A DNA stretch of 64,000 nucleotides from a virus. The DNA lies in IMG/VR virus record IMGVR_UViG_3300009164_000039. One strand, 5' to 3'. The stretch's first letter is position 1. Each line of letters opens with the position of its first letter. The notes beneath the pieces are model-generated. The model was given only the letters and a program-made list of their open reading frames with translations, made no database searches and was not told the DNA's origin. Position numbers and translations under genes: made by a program. This document shows, piece by piece, positions 11,586-21,242 of this stretch.

Positions 11586-12284
11586 ATGAACCCAAAAGTG
11601 GAAAAACTGGACACATCTGAAATGCAAGAACTTGATCAAAACGCGGAACAAAAAAAGCCCGATGACGTAGGTGGTGTACATCTACAGGGCCATATCAAAA
11701 TCTGGAATCCAGAAACTGGCGAAATTTTTGTAAACAAGCGCAATGCTATTCATTATGAAAACATGAGCGAAGCCATTGCCTATGCTCTTAGCCATAGAGA
11801 TGCACGTTTTATGTACGAAATGCACTTTGGTAACGGTGGCACCGCAGTAGACGCAACAGGTGTGATCACCTATTTGCAACCAAACACAACCAGCCAAAAT
11901 GCCGCACTGTACAACCCAACATTTGCAAAAATTGTTGATGACACAGACACAGTAAACAACCCAGACCCAGACAATAACAAAATGGAAATCAGGCATGTGC
12001 CCGGTAACCCATATTCGGATATCTTAATCACGTGTTTGCTGGACTATGGTGAGCCTGCTACTCAAGCAGTGTTTGACAACAGCACTACATTAAACGACAC
12101 ATTCACTTTTGACGAGTTAGGAATCAAGGCAAAATCCACTGACGGTACAACTGGTGTAACATCAACAGGTAAACTACTTACCCATGTTATTTTTCACCCA
12201 GTACAGAAATCACTCAACCGCTTGGTACAAATCGACTATACTGTGAGGATCCAGACTCTAACCAATCTGAGCACAATAGGATAA
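11586..12284 (+). CDS. Conserved structural (baseplate wedge-like) protein
   Basis: ORF track 11571..12284; ATG 11586 preferred because 11571 overlaps the TAAATA core. Motifs 'FGNGGT', 'FDELG', 'LTHVIFHPVQKSLNR' fit phage baseplate-region proteins. Position between baseplate and fibre genes. Confidence 0.6.
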   Translation: MNPKVEKLDTSEMQELDQNAEQKKPDDVGGVHLQGHIKIWNPETGEIFVNKRNAIHYENMSEAIAYALSHRDARFMYEMHFGNGGTAVDATGVITYLQPNTTSQNAALYNPTFAKIVDDTDTVNNPDPDNNKMEIRHVPGNPYSDILITCLLDYGEPATQAVFDNSTTLNDTFTFDELGIKAKSTDGTTGVTSTGKLLTHVIFHPVQKSLNRLVQIDYTVRIQTLTNLSTIG

Positions 12285-12290
12285 TAACAA

Positions 12291-14885
12291 ATGGCAAATT
12301 ACAGTATACGCAACACTAGAGGACAGATTATTGCTAACGTGGCAGATACCACGTTGGATTCAACTACCGCAGTTTATTTGGTAGGTCGTAACTATTCAGG
12401 TTACGGTATCTACTTGAATGACAACAGCGTGAGGTTGATGGAAAACTTTGCATCTAACACTGCTCCAAGCAATCCACTAGAAGGTCAAATCTGGTACAAC
12501 ACCGGCGTTGATCGAATGAAGTGGTGGGATGGAGTAACTTGGAAACAGGTACAAAGTACAGAAGTAGCAGACACAAATCCAACGTCAATTGGCCGTCAAG
12601 ATGGCGACATGTGGTATGATATCACAGCTGAACAGTTGAAAGTTTGGAATGCAAGCCCAAGTGGTAATCTGACCCTGGCACGTTGGGACACAATTGGCCC
12701 GCAGTACACAGCAGGTACACCAAAGTCGGGTGTGTTTGTTGAAACTATTTACGATACTGGCATGATCCCACACTATGTTCTGGCCAGCTATGCCAACGGT
12801 AGCATTGTTACTATCTTGAATCCTGATGCAGAATTTACACCCACGCCAGGCAATGTAGTTGCTGGGTTTGACACAATCAAACGTGGTCTACAAATGACTG
12901 CTAACATTGGTCCATATACTTTTGCTGGCACAGCCAACAACTCAATTGAGCTAGGCAGCATCCACAACAGTTTTTATCTACGCAGTAACGCAACTGCTAA
13001 TTTTTCTAACATTGCACCAGTGTACATTACCAGCAACACTGGATTGACATTTGGCGAAGCAACAACAGCCAATGTGCGAGTAGACTACAGCACAGGCGAT
13101 TTGATTGTGCAAAATATTGGCAGTGGTGGCAAAATAAGTTTGTTGTCGCGTTCAGCAGCCAATGCAGATGTACGTGCTTTGTATATTGACAGCGGTAATG
13201 TTATCCTTAACGATGACCCAACTGGCGACCTACATGCAGTGACCAAGCGTTATGTTGACGTTCGTGTTGCTGCCACAAATCAAAATATTGACAACAACGT
13301 CACGGTGTTAACCTCGTATATTACTGCGGCCAACGCTCAGATTTCACAACAGTGGTCAAATGCCGCAACTCAGCAATCACAAATTAACCTACGTGCAACA
13401 ATTGATAGTCCTGCACTAACAGGTAATCCAACTGCACCAACTCCGTCTATAGGTGACAACGACACCAGCATTGCAACCACTGCATTTGTATTTGAAGCCA
13501 ACGCAGGTGTACGTGCCGCATTGTTAAGCAACACAGCAGCCATTGCCAATGATGTAAAAACAAATTATGCACCATTAGCAAGTCCTGCGTTGATTGGTAC
13601 ACCTACTGCTCCAACTGCCGCAATCAGTGCCAACACCACACAGATTGCAACCACAGCATTTGTGTCAACTTCAGTTGACCAACTAAACAGCACAGTTACA
13701 GCGGCGCTGTCTCTAAAAGCACCACTGGCAAGTCCAGCGTTGACTGGAACTCCTGTTGCGCCGACCGCAACAGCAGGTACAAACACAACACAATTGGCAA
13801 CAACTGCATTTGTGTTCCAAGCCAATGCTGGATTGTTAGCACGTACACTGGCCAACACAGGTGCTATTGCAAACGATTTAAGAACAAACTATGCTCCACT
13901 AGCAAGTCCCGCATTAACAGGCGCACCAACTGCACCTACCGCAAGCTCTGCTACCAACACCACACAAATTGCATCAACTGCATTTGTTGGCACAGCAATT
14001 GATAATTTGAATACTGCGGTACAGAATGCATTGAATTTGAAGGCACCATTGGCAAGTCCTGCATTAACAGGCAACGCAACAGCGCCAACTGCTGCCGCTG
14101 GTACCAACACAACACAATTGGCAACAACTGCATTTGTGTTTCAAGCCAATGCAGGTGTACTAGCTCGTGTGCTAGCAAACACAGGTGCTATTGCCGACGA
14201 CCTAGTAACCAACTATGCTCCACTAGCAAGTCCTGCACTGACAGGAACACCAACTGTACCAACTGCAAGCTCAAGTACCAATACCACACAAGTTGCGAGT
14301 ACTGCGTTTGTAGGCACAGCAATTGACGCATTGAATACCGCAGTGACAAACGCATTGAGTTTGAAAGCACCGCTGGCAAGTCCTGCATTGACAGGTACAC
14401 CAACTGCACCAAATGCCGCAGTTGGTACCAACACCACACAGATTGCAACCACTGCATTTGTACAAACTGCCAACGTTGGACTACGTGCCAACTTGCTGGC
14501 CAACACAGCTCTTATTGCAAGTGATCTAGCAACCAATTATGCATTAAAAGCAAGTCCTGCACTAACAGGTACACCAACTGCTCCAACTGCTACTGCTGGT
14601 ACAAACACCACACAAGTTGCTACCACAGCCTATGCTGACACTGCTGTAAGCACATTGAGTAGTACGGTGACCACGGCATTGAATCTAAAAGCGGCACTAG
14701 CAAGTCCTGCACTGACAGGTACACCAACTGCTCCTACTGCTGATGCATCAGACAAGTCAACAAAAATTGCTACCACTGCATTTGTACAAGCAAACGCAAT
14801 GTGGCAGGGTTCTCGCAAGCTGGTCAGTACTGTAGCACCAGGTGCTGGCGACGGGAACAACGGTGATATTTGGTTCCAGGTGTAA
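12291..14885 (+). CDS. Tail fibre protein 1 with SPALTGTPTAP repeats
   Basis: N-terminal 'GRNYSGYG...ENFA...P..P..GQIWY' domain shared with 16315..18783. Nine SPALTGxPTAP...ATTAFV fibre repeats. C-terminal 'GDGNNGDIWFQV'. Confidence 0.85.
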   Translation: MANYSIRNTRGQIIANVADTTLDSTTAVYLVGRNYSGYGIYLNDNSVRLMENFASNTAPSNPLEGQIWYNTGVDRMKWWDGVTWKQVQSTEVADTNPTSIGRQDGDMWYDITAEQLKVWNASPSGNLTLARWDTIGPQYTAGTPKSGVFVETIYDTGMIPHYVLASYANGSIVTILNPDAEFTPTPGNVVAGFDTIKRGLQMTANIGPYTFAGTANNSIELGSIHNSFYLRSNATANFSNIAPVYITSNTGLTFGEATTANVRVDYSTGDLIVQNIGSGGKISLLSRSAANADVRALYIDSGNVILNDDPTGDLHAVTKRYVDVRVAATNQNIDNNVTVLTSYITAANAQISQQWSNAATQQSQINLRATIDSPALTGNPTAPTPSIGDNDTSIATTAFVFEANAGVRAALLSNTAAIANDVKTNYAPLASPALIGTPTAPTAAISANTTQIATTAFVSTSVDQLNSTVTAALSLKAPLASPALTGTPVAPTATAGTNTTQLATTAFVFQANAGLLARTLANTGAIANDLRTNYAPLASPALTGAPTAPTASSATNTTQIASTAFVGTAIDNLNTAVQNALNLKAPLASPALTGNATAPTAAAGTNTTQLATTAFVFQANAGVLARVLANTGAIADDLVTNYAPLASPALTGTPTVPTASSSTNTTQVASTAFVGTAIDALNTAVTNALSLKAPLASPALTGTPTAPNAAVGTNTTQIATTAFVQTANVGLRANLLANTALIASDLATNYALKASPALTGTPTAPTATAGTNTTQVATTAYADTAVSTLSSTVTTALNLKAALASPALTGTPTAPTADASDKSTKIATTAFVQANAMWQGSRKLVSTVAPGAGDGNNGDIWFQV
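13407..14800 (+). repeat. Coding tandem repeat, alternating 174-nt and 150-nt units
   Basis: SPAL motif starts at 13407, 13581, 13731, 13905, 14055, 14229, 14379, 14553 and 14703. Confidence 0.9.
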
Positions 14886-14888
14886 CAC

Positions 14889-16220
14889 ATGCCTAGATCA
14901 GGACTTACCCGGATTAAGGATAGCGGCACTTGGAAGTCGCTAAAAGGACTTTGGATCAAGGACAAAGGCGCATGGTCGCCTGTTCAAAACGCCTGGACCA
15001 AAGTCAACGGAGTATGGACCAAAGTATATCCTACTCCAATTGCCATTGGGTCAAGTACTCCTACCAGCGCAACGTTTAGTGTTTATACCAGTGAAACATC
15101 TGGGTCACAATCATTTACTATTAACAATACTGGTGACGAAGATCTTATTGTAAAAGCAGTAGCAAATACAGCCACTGGGTTTACCATAAATTTTGACTGG
15201 ACAACATTTGGCGGTGCACCGACTGCACTAAATCAAATTACCATACCTCCAGGCACAACCAAGTCTTTTTCTGTCACTGTCACTGCTGGAGTAAGCACCG
15301 GTGCAAAGTCTGGATCGTTTACATTAACAGCCAATGCAGGTACGCTGGGCGACACTACCATTACTGCAAGTTTGTCAGTAACAGTACTGCAACGATATAG
15401 CCGTGCAAGCTCAGTGGCTTCTTTGAACTTTGCATACGACAGTAACTCAGCATTGCCGGCTCAATTGATACGTATTACAAACATAGGCAATCAAACATTA
15501 AACGTGACCGGAGTAGTTGGAGCAAAGTTTACATACACTGGTGTACCAACAACTATAGCCGCTGGTAGTTTTGCAACATTTACAGCAACGTATATTGCAA
15601 CCAATATAGCTGGTGCCAAATCGGGCACAATAACAATCAACAGTGACAGCGACCAAGGCGCAGTGGTAATTAATTGCACCATGACAGAGGTGCGGCATGC
15701 CACGGTTAGAGATAGTATTGCCGGCACAAGATCGTTTACAGTTCCTTACGGAATCACGTCGTTAACTTACACTCTCAAAGGTGGAGGCGGAGGCGGAGGC
15801 GGCGCAGCCGACAACGAAGAGCCAGTACAACTTGGCGGCGGTGGTGGCGAAGGTGGTACCAGCACAGGTACAATGACAGTTACCGCAGGGCAATCTGTTT
15901 CCTACACAGTGGGTGCTGGTGGTGCTGGTGGCGGAGTTCCTGGAACAGGTGCAACTGGCGTAACATCAACAATGAATTCCACCAATGCACCAGGTGGTGC
16001 TGGTGGTGCCTCCTCGGGTGTGGGCGGCGCAGGCGGTGTGGGTAGTACAAACACCGGCGGTAAAGGCAGTAACGGACAATATTGGACAGATTCATCATCT
16101 GTATCACAAGGTGGCGCAGGAGCTGGAAACGGTGGCGCAGGTGGCGGATATAATGAAAATGCTGAACAGGGATTACCGGGCACAGCAGGCACAGCAGGCT
16201 ATGTGGAAATACGCTATTAA
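14889..16220 (+). CDS. Fibre-associated protein: K..G.W hairpin repeats, two ASH/choice-of-anchor-D-like Ig domains, glycine-rich C-terminal domain
   Basis: 'WIKDKGAWSPVQNAWTKVNGVWTKV'; 'FTINNTGDEDLIV...IPPGTTKSFSVTV'; 'RITNIGNQTLNV...IAAGSFATFTATY...GTITINSD'; 'SFTVPYGITSLTYTLKGGGGGGG...G..GYVEIRY'. Confidence 0.7.
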   Translation: MPRSGLTRIKDSGTWKSLKGLWIKDKGAWSPVQNAWTKVNGVWTKVYPTPIAIGSSTPTSATFSVYTSETSGSQSFTINNTGDEDLIVKAVANTATGFTINFDWTTFGGAPTALNQITIPPGTTKSFSVTVTAGVSTGAKSGSFTLTANAGTLGDTTITASLSVTVLQRYSRASSVASLNFAYDSNSALPAQLIRITNIGNQTLNVTGVVGAKFTYTGVPTTIAAGSFATFTATYIATNIAGAKSGTITINSDSDQGAVVINCTMTEVRHATVRDSIAGTRSFTVPYGITSLTYTLKGGGGGGGGAADNEEPVQLGGGGGEGGTSTGTMTVTAGQSVSYTVGAGGAGGGVPGTGATGVTSTMNSTNAPGGAGGASSGVGGAGGVGSTNTGGKGSNGQYWTDSSSVSQGGAGAGNGGAGGGYNENAEQGLPGTAGTAGYVEIRY

Positions 16221-16250
16221 ATCATAATAATATGCTTTTTAATATGCCCA

Positions 16251-16290
16251 TAAATAACTGTAACCCATGTGCTGAACAAGCAAATAAATA
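16251..16290 (+). promoter_or_regulatory. Two late-promoter cores (TAAATA)
   Basis: TAAATA at 16251-16256 and 16285-16290 in the AT-rich gap before fibre gene 2; SD-like AAGGA immediately before ATG 16315. Confidence 0.55.
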
Positions 16291-16314
16291 CTAGATAAAA
16301 TCGGAGTCTAAGGA

Positions 16315-18783
16315 ATGAGCTATAATTTAACAAGAACTGACGGGACGCCACTGTTGACCCTGGCCGATGGTCAGACCAACACAACAACGACCAGTCTTAC
16401 GCTGATCGGCAAGAACTATGCCGGATATGGCACATTCTTAAACGAAAACTTCGTGAAACTGCTGGAGCATTTTAGCAGTGTCACTGCACCAGACAATCCT
16501 AGTGTGGGACAACTATGGTGGCAGAGTTCAACCAAGATACTTAAGGTATATATTGGTAACAACTCATGGAAAAGTATCACTGGTGCCCAAGCTGAAGCAA
16601 GTTCTCCGACTTATAAAGTAACAGGCGATCTATGGTGGGACACCACAAATCAACAGTTGAAAGTTTGGTCAGGCGCCAGCTGGATCACAATTGGTCCTAG
16701 CTTTACACAAACAACAGGTACATCAGGTGCTGTGGCAGATACCATCGTTGACGATGCCTTGGTCACACACGTGGTAGTTAAATTCTTTGTTAACAATGGC
16801 TTGGTAGCCATGATGAGCAAGGACAGTACATTTACTCCGGGTAACGCTATTCCTGGATTCAGCACAGTCAAACCAGGTATGAACTTGGCCACAGGAACTG
16901 TGCCAGGGTTGAAATATTGGACCACAGCAGAAAATGCTGACTACTTGGGTAACGTGGCAGCAGCCAATTACTTGCGTAGTGATGTGTCGGTTCCACTCAC
17001 AACCCAATTAGAAATTCGTAACCTAAACGGTATCGCAATTGAAGAACCAAACGGTACAATTGACTTTACACTGGGTGTGGCTAGTAACTATGTTAACATG
17101 ATCAGCTTGGTTCGTGGCAATGGTATGAAACTTACTACCAAGCCAGACAACGCTGCCGGCGCCACAATTGACGCACTCACTGTTGATCGCAACAGCGGAT
17201 TGATTCGTGTGTACAACGATCCACAAGATGCACTGGGCATTGCCACAAAGAACTATGTGGATTCTGGTTTGACCACAGTATTATCGGGCACCAATGCCAA
17301 CCTTGTTATTTTAGGAAGTCAGCTGGCATCTAACGTGGCAGCAATCAACAGCAACGTTGGTGATATTCGACTGTTAAAATCCACTGGTACTGTGAGCACA
17401 CCAAACGGTAACGTAGTTGCTAACATTGTGTCATTGAGTGCAAACGTAGGTCCATTCAGTGGAGTTATTGCCAACCAAGGCAGCATCACAGCCAACATCA
17501 AGGCACTAGCAGGCAACATTGGTTGGACTGGCTTGCTGTCAAGTGATGACCTAACAGTGACTGGCAACATTGCCAAGTTTGCAGCCAACGTAGGTGCAAT
17601 GACATTTATTGCGCACCAAGCAGACATTACTTCCAACATCAAATCTATTGCCGGCAATATTGGGTGGACTGGATTATTATCTAGTGACGATCTAACAGTG
17701 ACCGGTAACATTGCCAAGTTTGCAGCCAATGTGGGTGCAATGAGCCGTATTGCCAACCAAGGCAGCATCACAGCCAACATTCAGGCACTAGCAGGTAATA
17801 TTGGTTGGACTGGTAAATTATCCAGTGATGATCTAACAGTTACCGGTAACATTGCCAAGTTTGCTGCCAATGTGGGTCCACTCAACTTGGTTGGCCTACA
17901 AAGCGTCACCGCCAACGTCAATGCACTGTGGGGCAACGTTATCCCTGCAGGTGGTACACCAGGCGGACAAACATTGTCGGCCAACATCACTGCAATCTGG
18001 GGCAACATTGGATCAGTTCCAACAGCCGGTGTAGCTAATTCAGTGTTTGGTGGACAAACCATCACTGCCAACGTCAATGCCATCTGGGGCAACATCGTAT
18101 CCTTGGTCACCACAGCTGGATCTATTTCTGGCAACACAGATTCTGTGTTACGTTCGGGCACACGATCAATGACAGGTAACTTGGTACCAGACGCCGACGG
18201 TACTCGAGCATTGGGCGCACTGGCCACACGTTTTGACTTGCTTGGTGATACTTTTGACTTCACAGGAACAGGACAATTCCATTCCAGTATCACTACCAAA
18301 GCAGGTATCAACATGGGCAACACCAGTGTTAATGGACGCATGGGAACAATCTATGCAACAACGTTTAACGGAACTGCTACCACAGCACAATACGCTGACT
18401 TGGCAGAACGTTTTGAATCAGACTCAGCTTATCCACCGGGCACAGTTGTGATGCTGGGCGGTGTGGCTGAAATCACAGCAGCCATGGATGACGCCAGTGA
18501 TGAAGTGTTTGGGGTTATCAGCACTAGACCTGCGCACTTGATGAACAACCAAGACGGTTACACAGACCAAACACATCCGCCAGTGGCCATGACAGGTCGT
18601 GTGCCAGTTCGTGTGACAGGCACAGTGAAAAAAGGTGATCGATTGATCAGTGCAGGCAACGGTGTTGCACGTGCTGCCAAATCAGGCGAGTACACTGCAT
18701 TTAACACAATTGGTCGTTCACTAGAAAATAAAACTACAACAGACGAAGGCGTTGTAGAAGCAACAGTAAAGTTGAATAGTTAA
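16315..18783 (+). CDS. Tail fibre protein 2 with C-terminal intramolecular-chaperone (Peptidase G2/S74-like) domain
   Basis: Same N-terminal docking domain as 12291..14885. AN[IV]-rich coiled-coil repeats. C-terminal 'YADLAERF...PGTVV.LGG..EIT...GVIST.PA.LMN...PVAMTGRVPV.V.G.VKKGD.L'. Confidence 0.75.
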   Translation: MSYNLTRTDGTPLLTLADGQTNTTTTSLTLIGKNYAGYGTFLNENFVKLLEHFSSVTAPDNPSVGQLWWQSSTKILKVYIGNNSWKSITGAQAEASSPTYKVTGDLWWDTTNQQLKVWSGASWITIGPSFTQTTGTSGAVADTIVDDALVTHVVVKFFVNNGLVAMMSKDSTFTPGNAIPGFSTVKPGMNLATGTVPGLKYWTTAENADYLGNVAAANYLRSDVSVPLTTQLEIRNLNGIAIEEPNGTIDFTLGVASNYVNMISLVRGNGMKLTTKPDNAAGATIDALTVDRNSGLIRVYNDPQDALGIATKNYVDSGLTTVLSGTNANLVILGSQLASNVAAINSNVGDIRLLKSTGTVSTPNGNVVANIVSLSANVGPFSGVIANQGSITANIKALAGNIGWTGLLSSDDLTVTGNIAKFAANVGAMTFIAHQADITSNIKSIAGNIGWTGLLSSDDLTVTGNIAKFAANVGAMSRIANQGSITANIQALAGNIGWTGKLSSDDLTVTGNIAKFAANVGPLNLVGLQSVTANVNALWGNVIPAGGTPGGQTLSANITAIWGNIGSVPTAGVANSVFGGQTITANVNAIWGNIVSLVTTAGSISGNTDSVLRSGTRSMTGNLVPDADGTRALGALATRFDLLGDTFDFTGTGQFHSSITTKAGINMGNTSVNGRMGTIYATTFNGTATTAQYADLAERFESDSAYPPGTVVMLGGVAEITAAMDDASDEVFGVISTRPAHLMNNQDGYTDQTHPPVAMTGRVPVRVTGTVKKGDRLISAGNGVARAAKSGEYTAFNTIGRSLENKTTTDEGVVEATVKLNS
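17440..17865 (+). repeat. Three coding tandem repeats of 47-48 aa
   Basis: Unit ANVG...ITANI.ALAGNIGWTG.LSSDDLTVTGNIAKFA starts at 17440, 17584 and 17725; the next ANVG is at 17866. Confidence 0.9.
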
Positions 18784-18784
18784 T

Positions 18785-20860
18785 ATGGCATACGCATCAG
18801 GCAGCTCAATCGAAGCAATTGATTACAATAACCTAGCATGGGGATCTGATGCTGGTGGCACCTATGTGACCACCAGCACTAATAAAAACATTGCAGTTGT
18901 TTGGGGTGTAGGTACTGGACGATTTGGTTGGGGACAAAACACAAGCTCTATACCCAAAGCAATAATTAATGCAATCACTACTGCAACCGCGTGTACCGGT
19001 TCCACAATCACTGTTGGGGACTCTACCACAATTGGTGTGAATGAAGCAATTAAATTTGGCAGTGCTATTGGGGGGCTAACTGCCGGCGCAACATACTATG
19101 TGTATGACAAGCCAACCACCAATACCTTACGAGTTGCTGCCACAGTTAATGCAACTGCGCCAATTGATCTAACCACACAAAGCAGTTTATCAGTCACAGT
19201 TCTGCCAGTTGATTTTGCCACAGGCAGTCTCACACAAGTTGCAGCCACTAATAATGTAACAGCCGCTCAATGGAACGGTCTCATACTGGCAACAAACAAA
19301 GCATTATATCACACAGGTGGTGCAAACGTTGCAGTGACTGGTGTGTCGGTTGGCACACCAATTGCCTATTACAGTGCTGTATCTACTGCGGTAACCACAG
19401 TGTGGAACAATGCCAACACTGGTTCGGTAGGATTCACCACAGACGATGCGGCCTTGACATCAACCAACACCGTTACCTGGGCCAACAGCATTGGGTTCGT
19501 ATACACTGTGGATTTTGGCAGTGCCGACGAAATGCGGTATTTTTTCAATGCTGGCGGGAAAATAAAATTCAGCCTCACTGGGCCTGCAGGCACAGGACGC
19601 AATCTAGATTGGCGAACACTTTGTACTGCAATGGGTACCATAGTATTTGGATACAACACCACTACCAAATCTGGTGGGTCAGGTACTCCAGATACTCTAC
19701 TAAGCACAGTAGGCAACGGTGGCTTCTGGGGACCTCATACATCAGGAGTGGACCGAGAAGATTTCCAACAGACTTCCACAGGCACTGCATACACAACCAA
19801 TTACATTGAAATTCTTACTAAAGTGTCTGGTGTCACTGCTGGCAGCAGTGGCGGTAAAGGTACTAGATTGACTTTTACTATTAATCTGGTAGATGCTAAT
19901 AGCAACATCTATCAACCTGCGGTGGCAACAGGCACAGTGGCCAGCATGGTGGTTGTTAGACCAACATCAAGTGCAGTGAGTGTGACAGGCCCCAGTGGCA
20001 CTGGCGTGACCAAGACCACAGACGCCGGTACTACCACAGCGTATGCGATTCCAACCGGAAGCCAAACGTTTACCACAGTCGGGGATACCACTTTTACTGT
20101 ACCTGCCGATGTAACATCAGTTAGTGCTTTTGTTGTTGCGCCTGGAGGATTTGCAGGTGCCACCGCAGGTGGTGGCGGTGGCGGCTCAGCTTACATAGGA
20201 ACGGTCACAGTGACTCCGGGCCAAACTCTCTATGTCAGAGTAGGAGATAAAAATGCATCAGGTGCCAGCACTGCGTCGTTGTCTATAGTGTCAACTACTA
20301 CACCAATTGACAGTTCACTTAATTATCTAGTTGCAACTGCTGGTGCAAGCACCGGCACCGGTAATGGTGGCTCTGGCGCAGGTGTTGGTGCGTTTGCCGC
20401 AGGTGTTGGTGCAAATGCTGGGCAAGGTGGGCAGAATCCTCTTGGTGGAGGAGGTGGCGCAGCGGGCTATGGTGGCACTGCTGGTAATGGTGGCTATCCA
20501 TATGTAAGCGGAAACCAACAACTGCAAGGCGCTTATATCTATGGTGCTCAAGGTGGCGGCACCGGTGCTGGTGGTGGTGGCGGTGGTGTACTCTCTGCGT
20601 CAGCGGCTGGAGGTGGTGGTGGTGTGGGACTTAATGGAATTGGTACACCTGGTAGCAGTGGTGGCGGCACAAGTACACCGACCACTCAAACTGCTGGAAC
20701 GCCCGGCGGCGGCGGATCTGGTGGTGCCAGTGGTAGTGTTAAAAATGGTGGAGACTTTGGTGGTGGTGGCGGCGGAACGGCTATCAGCGGCACACCTGGT
20801 GGCGGCGCCGTTAGAATAATCTGGGGGCCAAGCCGAAGTTACCCGAGCCAGGCAGCATAA
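18785..20860 (+). CDS. Virion/fibre protein with glycine-rich C-terminal domain
   Basis: 'RYFFNAGGKI' core, then 'FTVPADVTSVSAFVVAPGG...GGGGG...G..GAVRIIWGP' glycine-rich domain typical of phage fibre-associated proteins. Confidence 0.7.
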   Translation: MAYASGSSIEAIDYNNLAWGSDAGGTYVTTSTNKNIAVVWGVGTGRFGWGQNTSSIPKAIINAITTATACTGSTITVGDSTTIGVNEAIKFGSAIGGLTAGATYYVYDKPTTNTLRVAATVNATAPIDLTTQSSLSVTVLPVDFATGSLTQVAATNNVTAAQWNGLILATNKALYHTGGANVAVTGVSVGTPIAYYSAVSTAVTTVWNNANTGSVGFTTDDAALTSTNTVTWANSIGFVYTVDFGSADEMRYFFNAGGKIKFSLTGPAGTGRNLDWRTLCTAMGTIVFGYNTTTKSGGSGTPDTLLSTVGNGGFWGPHTSGVDREDFQQTSTGTAYTTNYIEILTKVSGVTAGSSGGKGTRLTFTINLVDANSNIYQPAVATGTVASMVVVRPTSSAVSVTGPSGTGVTKTTDAGTTTAYAIPTGSQTFTTVGDTTFTVPADVTSVSAFVVAPGGFAGATAGGGGGGSAYIGTVTVTPGQTLYVRVGDKNASGASTASLSIVSTTTPIDSSLNYLVATAGASTGTGNGGSGAGVGAFAAGVGANAGQGGQNPLGGGGGAAGYGGTAGNGGYPYVSGNQQLQGAYIYGAQGGGTGAGGGGGGVLSASAAGGGGGVGLNGIGTPGSSGGGTSTPTTQTAGTPGGGGSGGASGSVKNGGDFGGGGGGTAISGTPGGGAVRIIWGPSRSYPSQAA

Positions 20861-20869
20861 GGAACATGT

Positions 20870-21199
20870 ATGAAATTTGATATTACATTTATTAATCCGG
20901 TAGGTAATCCAGAAACATACGTTGCTATTGAGGCTGAAAACGAACAAGCGGCTCGAGAAATGAAAGACAGCTTGTTGACAGCAGCCGGATCATTTTGGCC
21001 AGTTGATCAATGGACCATTGCATCAGTGGGACCCACACCAACTGAAACTCCGCCTGCTGATCCAACTCTGATGCCAATGTATTACCCAACAACTGAGCCA
21101 GTTCTAACTCTTGAGCAAATGATGGCCAAGCTGACTGCAGATTCACAAAAGGCCGCGGCAGCCCAACTTGCCGCACAACAAGCAAACCCACCAACTTGA
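20870..21199 (+). CDS. Hypothetical protein (possible fibre assembly factor)
   Basis: 109-aa ORF with SD AAGGA, directly after a fibre-like gene. Confidence 0.6.
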   Translation: MKFDITFINPVGNPETYVAIEAENEQAAREMKDSLLTAAGSFWPVDQWTIASVGPTPTETPPADPTLMPMYYPTTEPVLTLEQMMAKLTADSQKAAAAQLAAQQANPPT

Positions 21200-21205
21200 C
21201 ATAGT

Positions 21206-21238
21206 TTTAAGATAGGGCACACTACTCTATCTTAAATA
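21206..21238 (+). promoter_or_regulatory. Hairpin overlapping a late promoter core at the structural/tailoring module junction
   Basis: TTTAAGATAG (21206-21215) pairs with CTATCTTAAA (21227-21236). TAAATA at 21233-21238, 4 nt before ATG 21243. Confidence 0.5.
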
Positions 21239-21242
21239 CTGT

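Noticed and set aside
13565-14965. Several antisense ORFs over the fibre repeats
   Set aside because: Mirror frames of repetitive Ala/Thr/Pro codons; no initiation signals.
19270-19809. 179-aa alternate-frame ORF inside 18785..20860
   Set aside because: His/Cys/Arg/Gln-rich composition typical of an off-frame read; no SD or domain pattern.
20541-20819. Val-rich hydrophobic +1-frame ORF inside the glycine-rich fibre gene
   Set aside because: Runs of GGT glycine codons read as GTG valine in the +1 frame. There is no SD, and charged residues break the hydrophobic runs. It is a useful negative control for the nested-gene claim.
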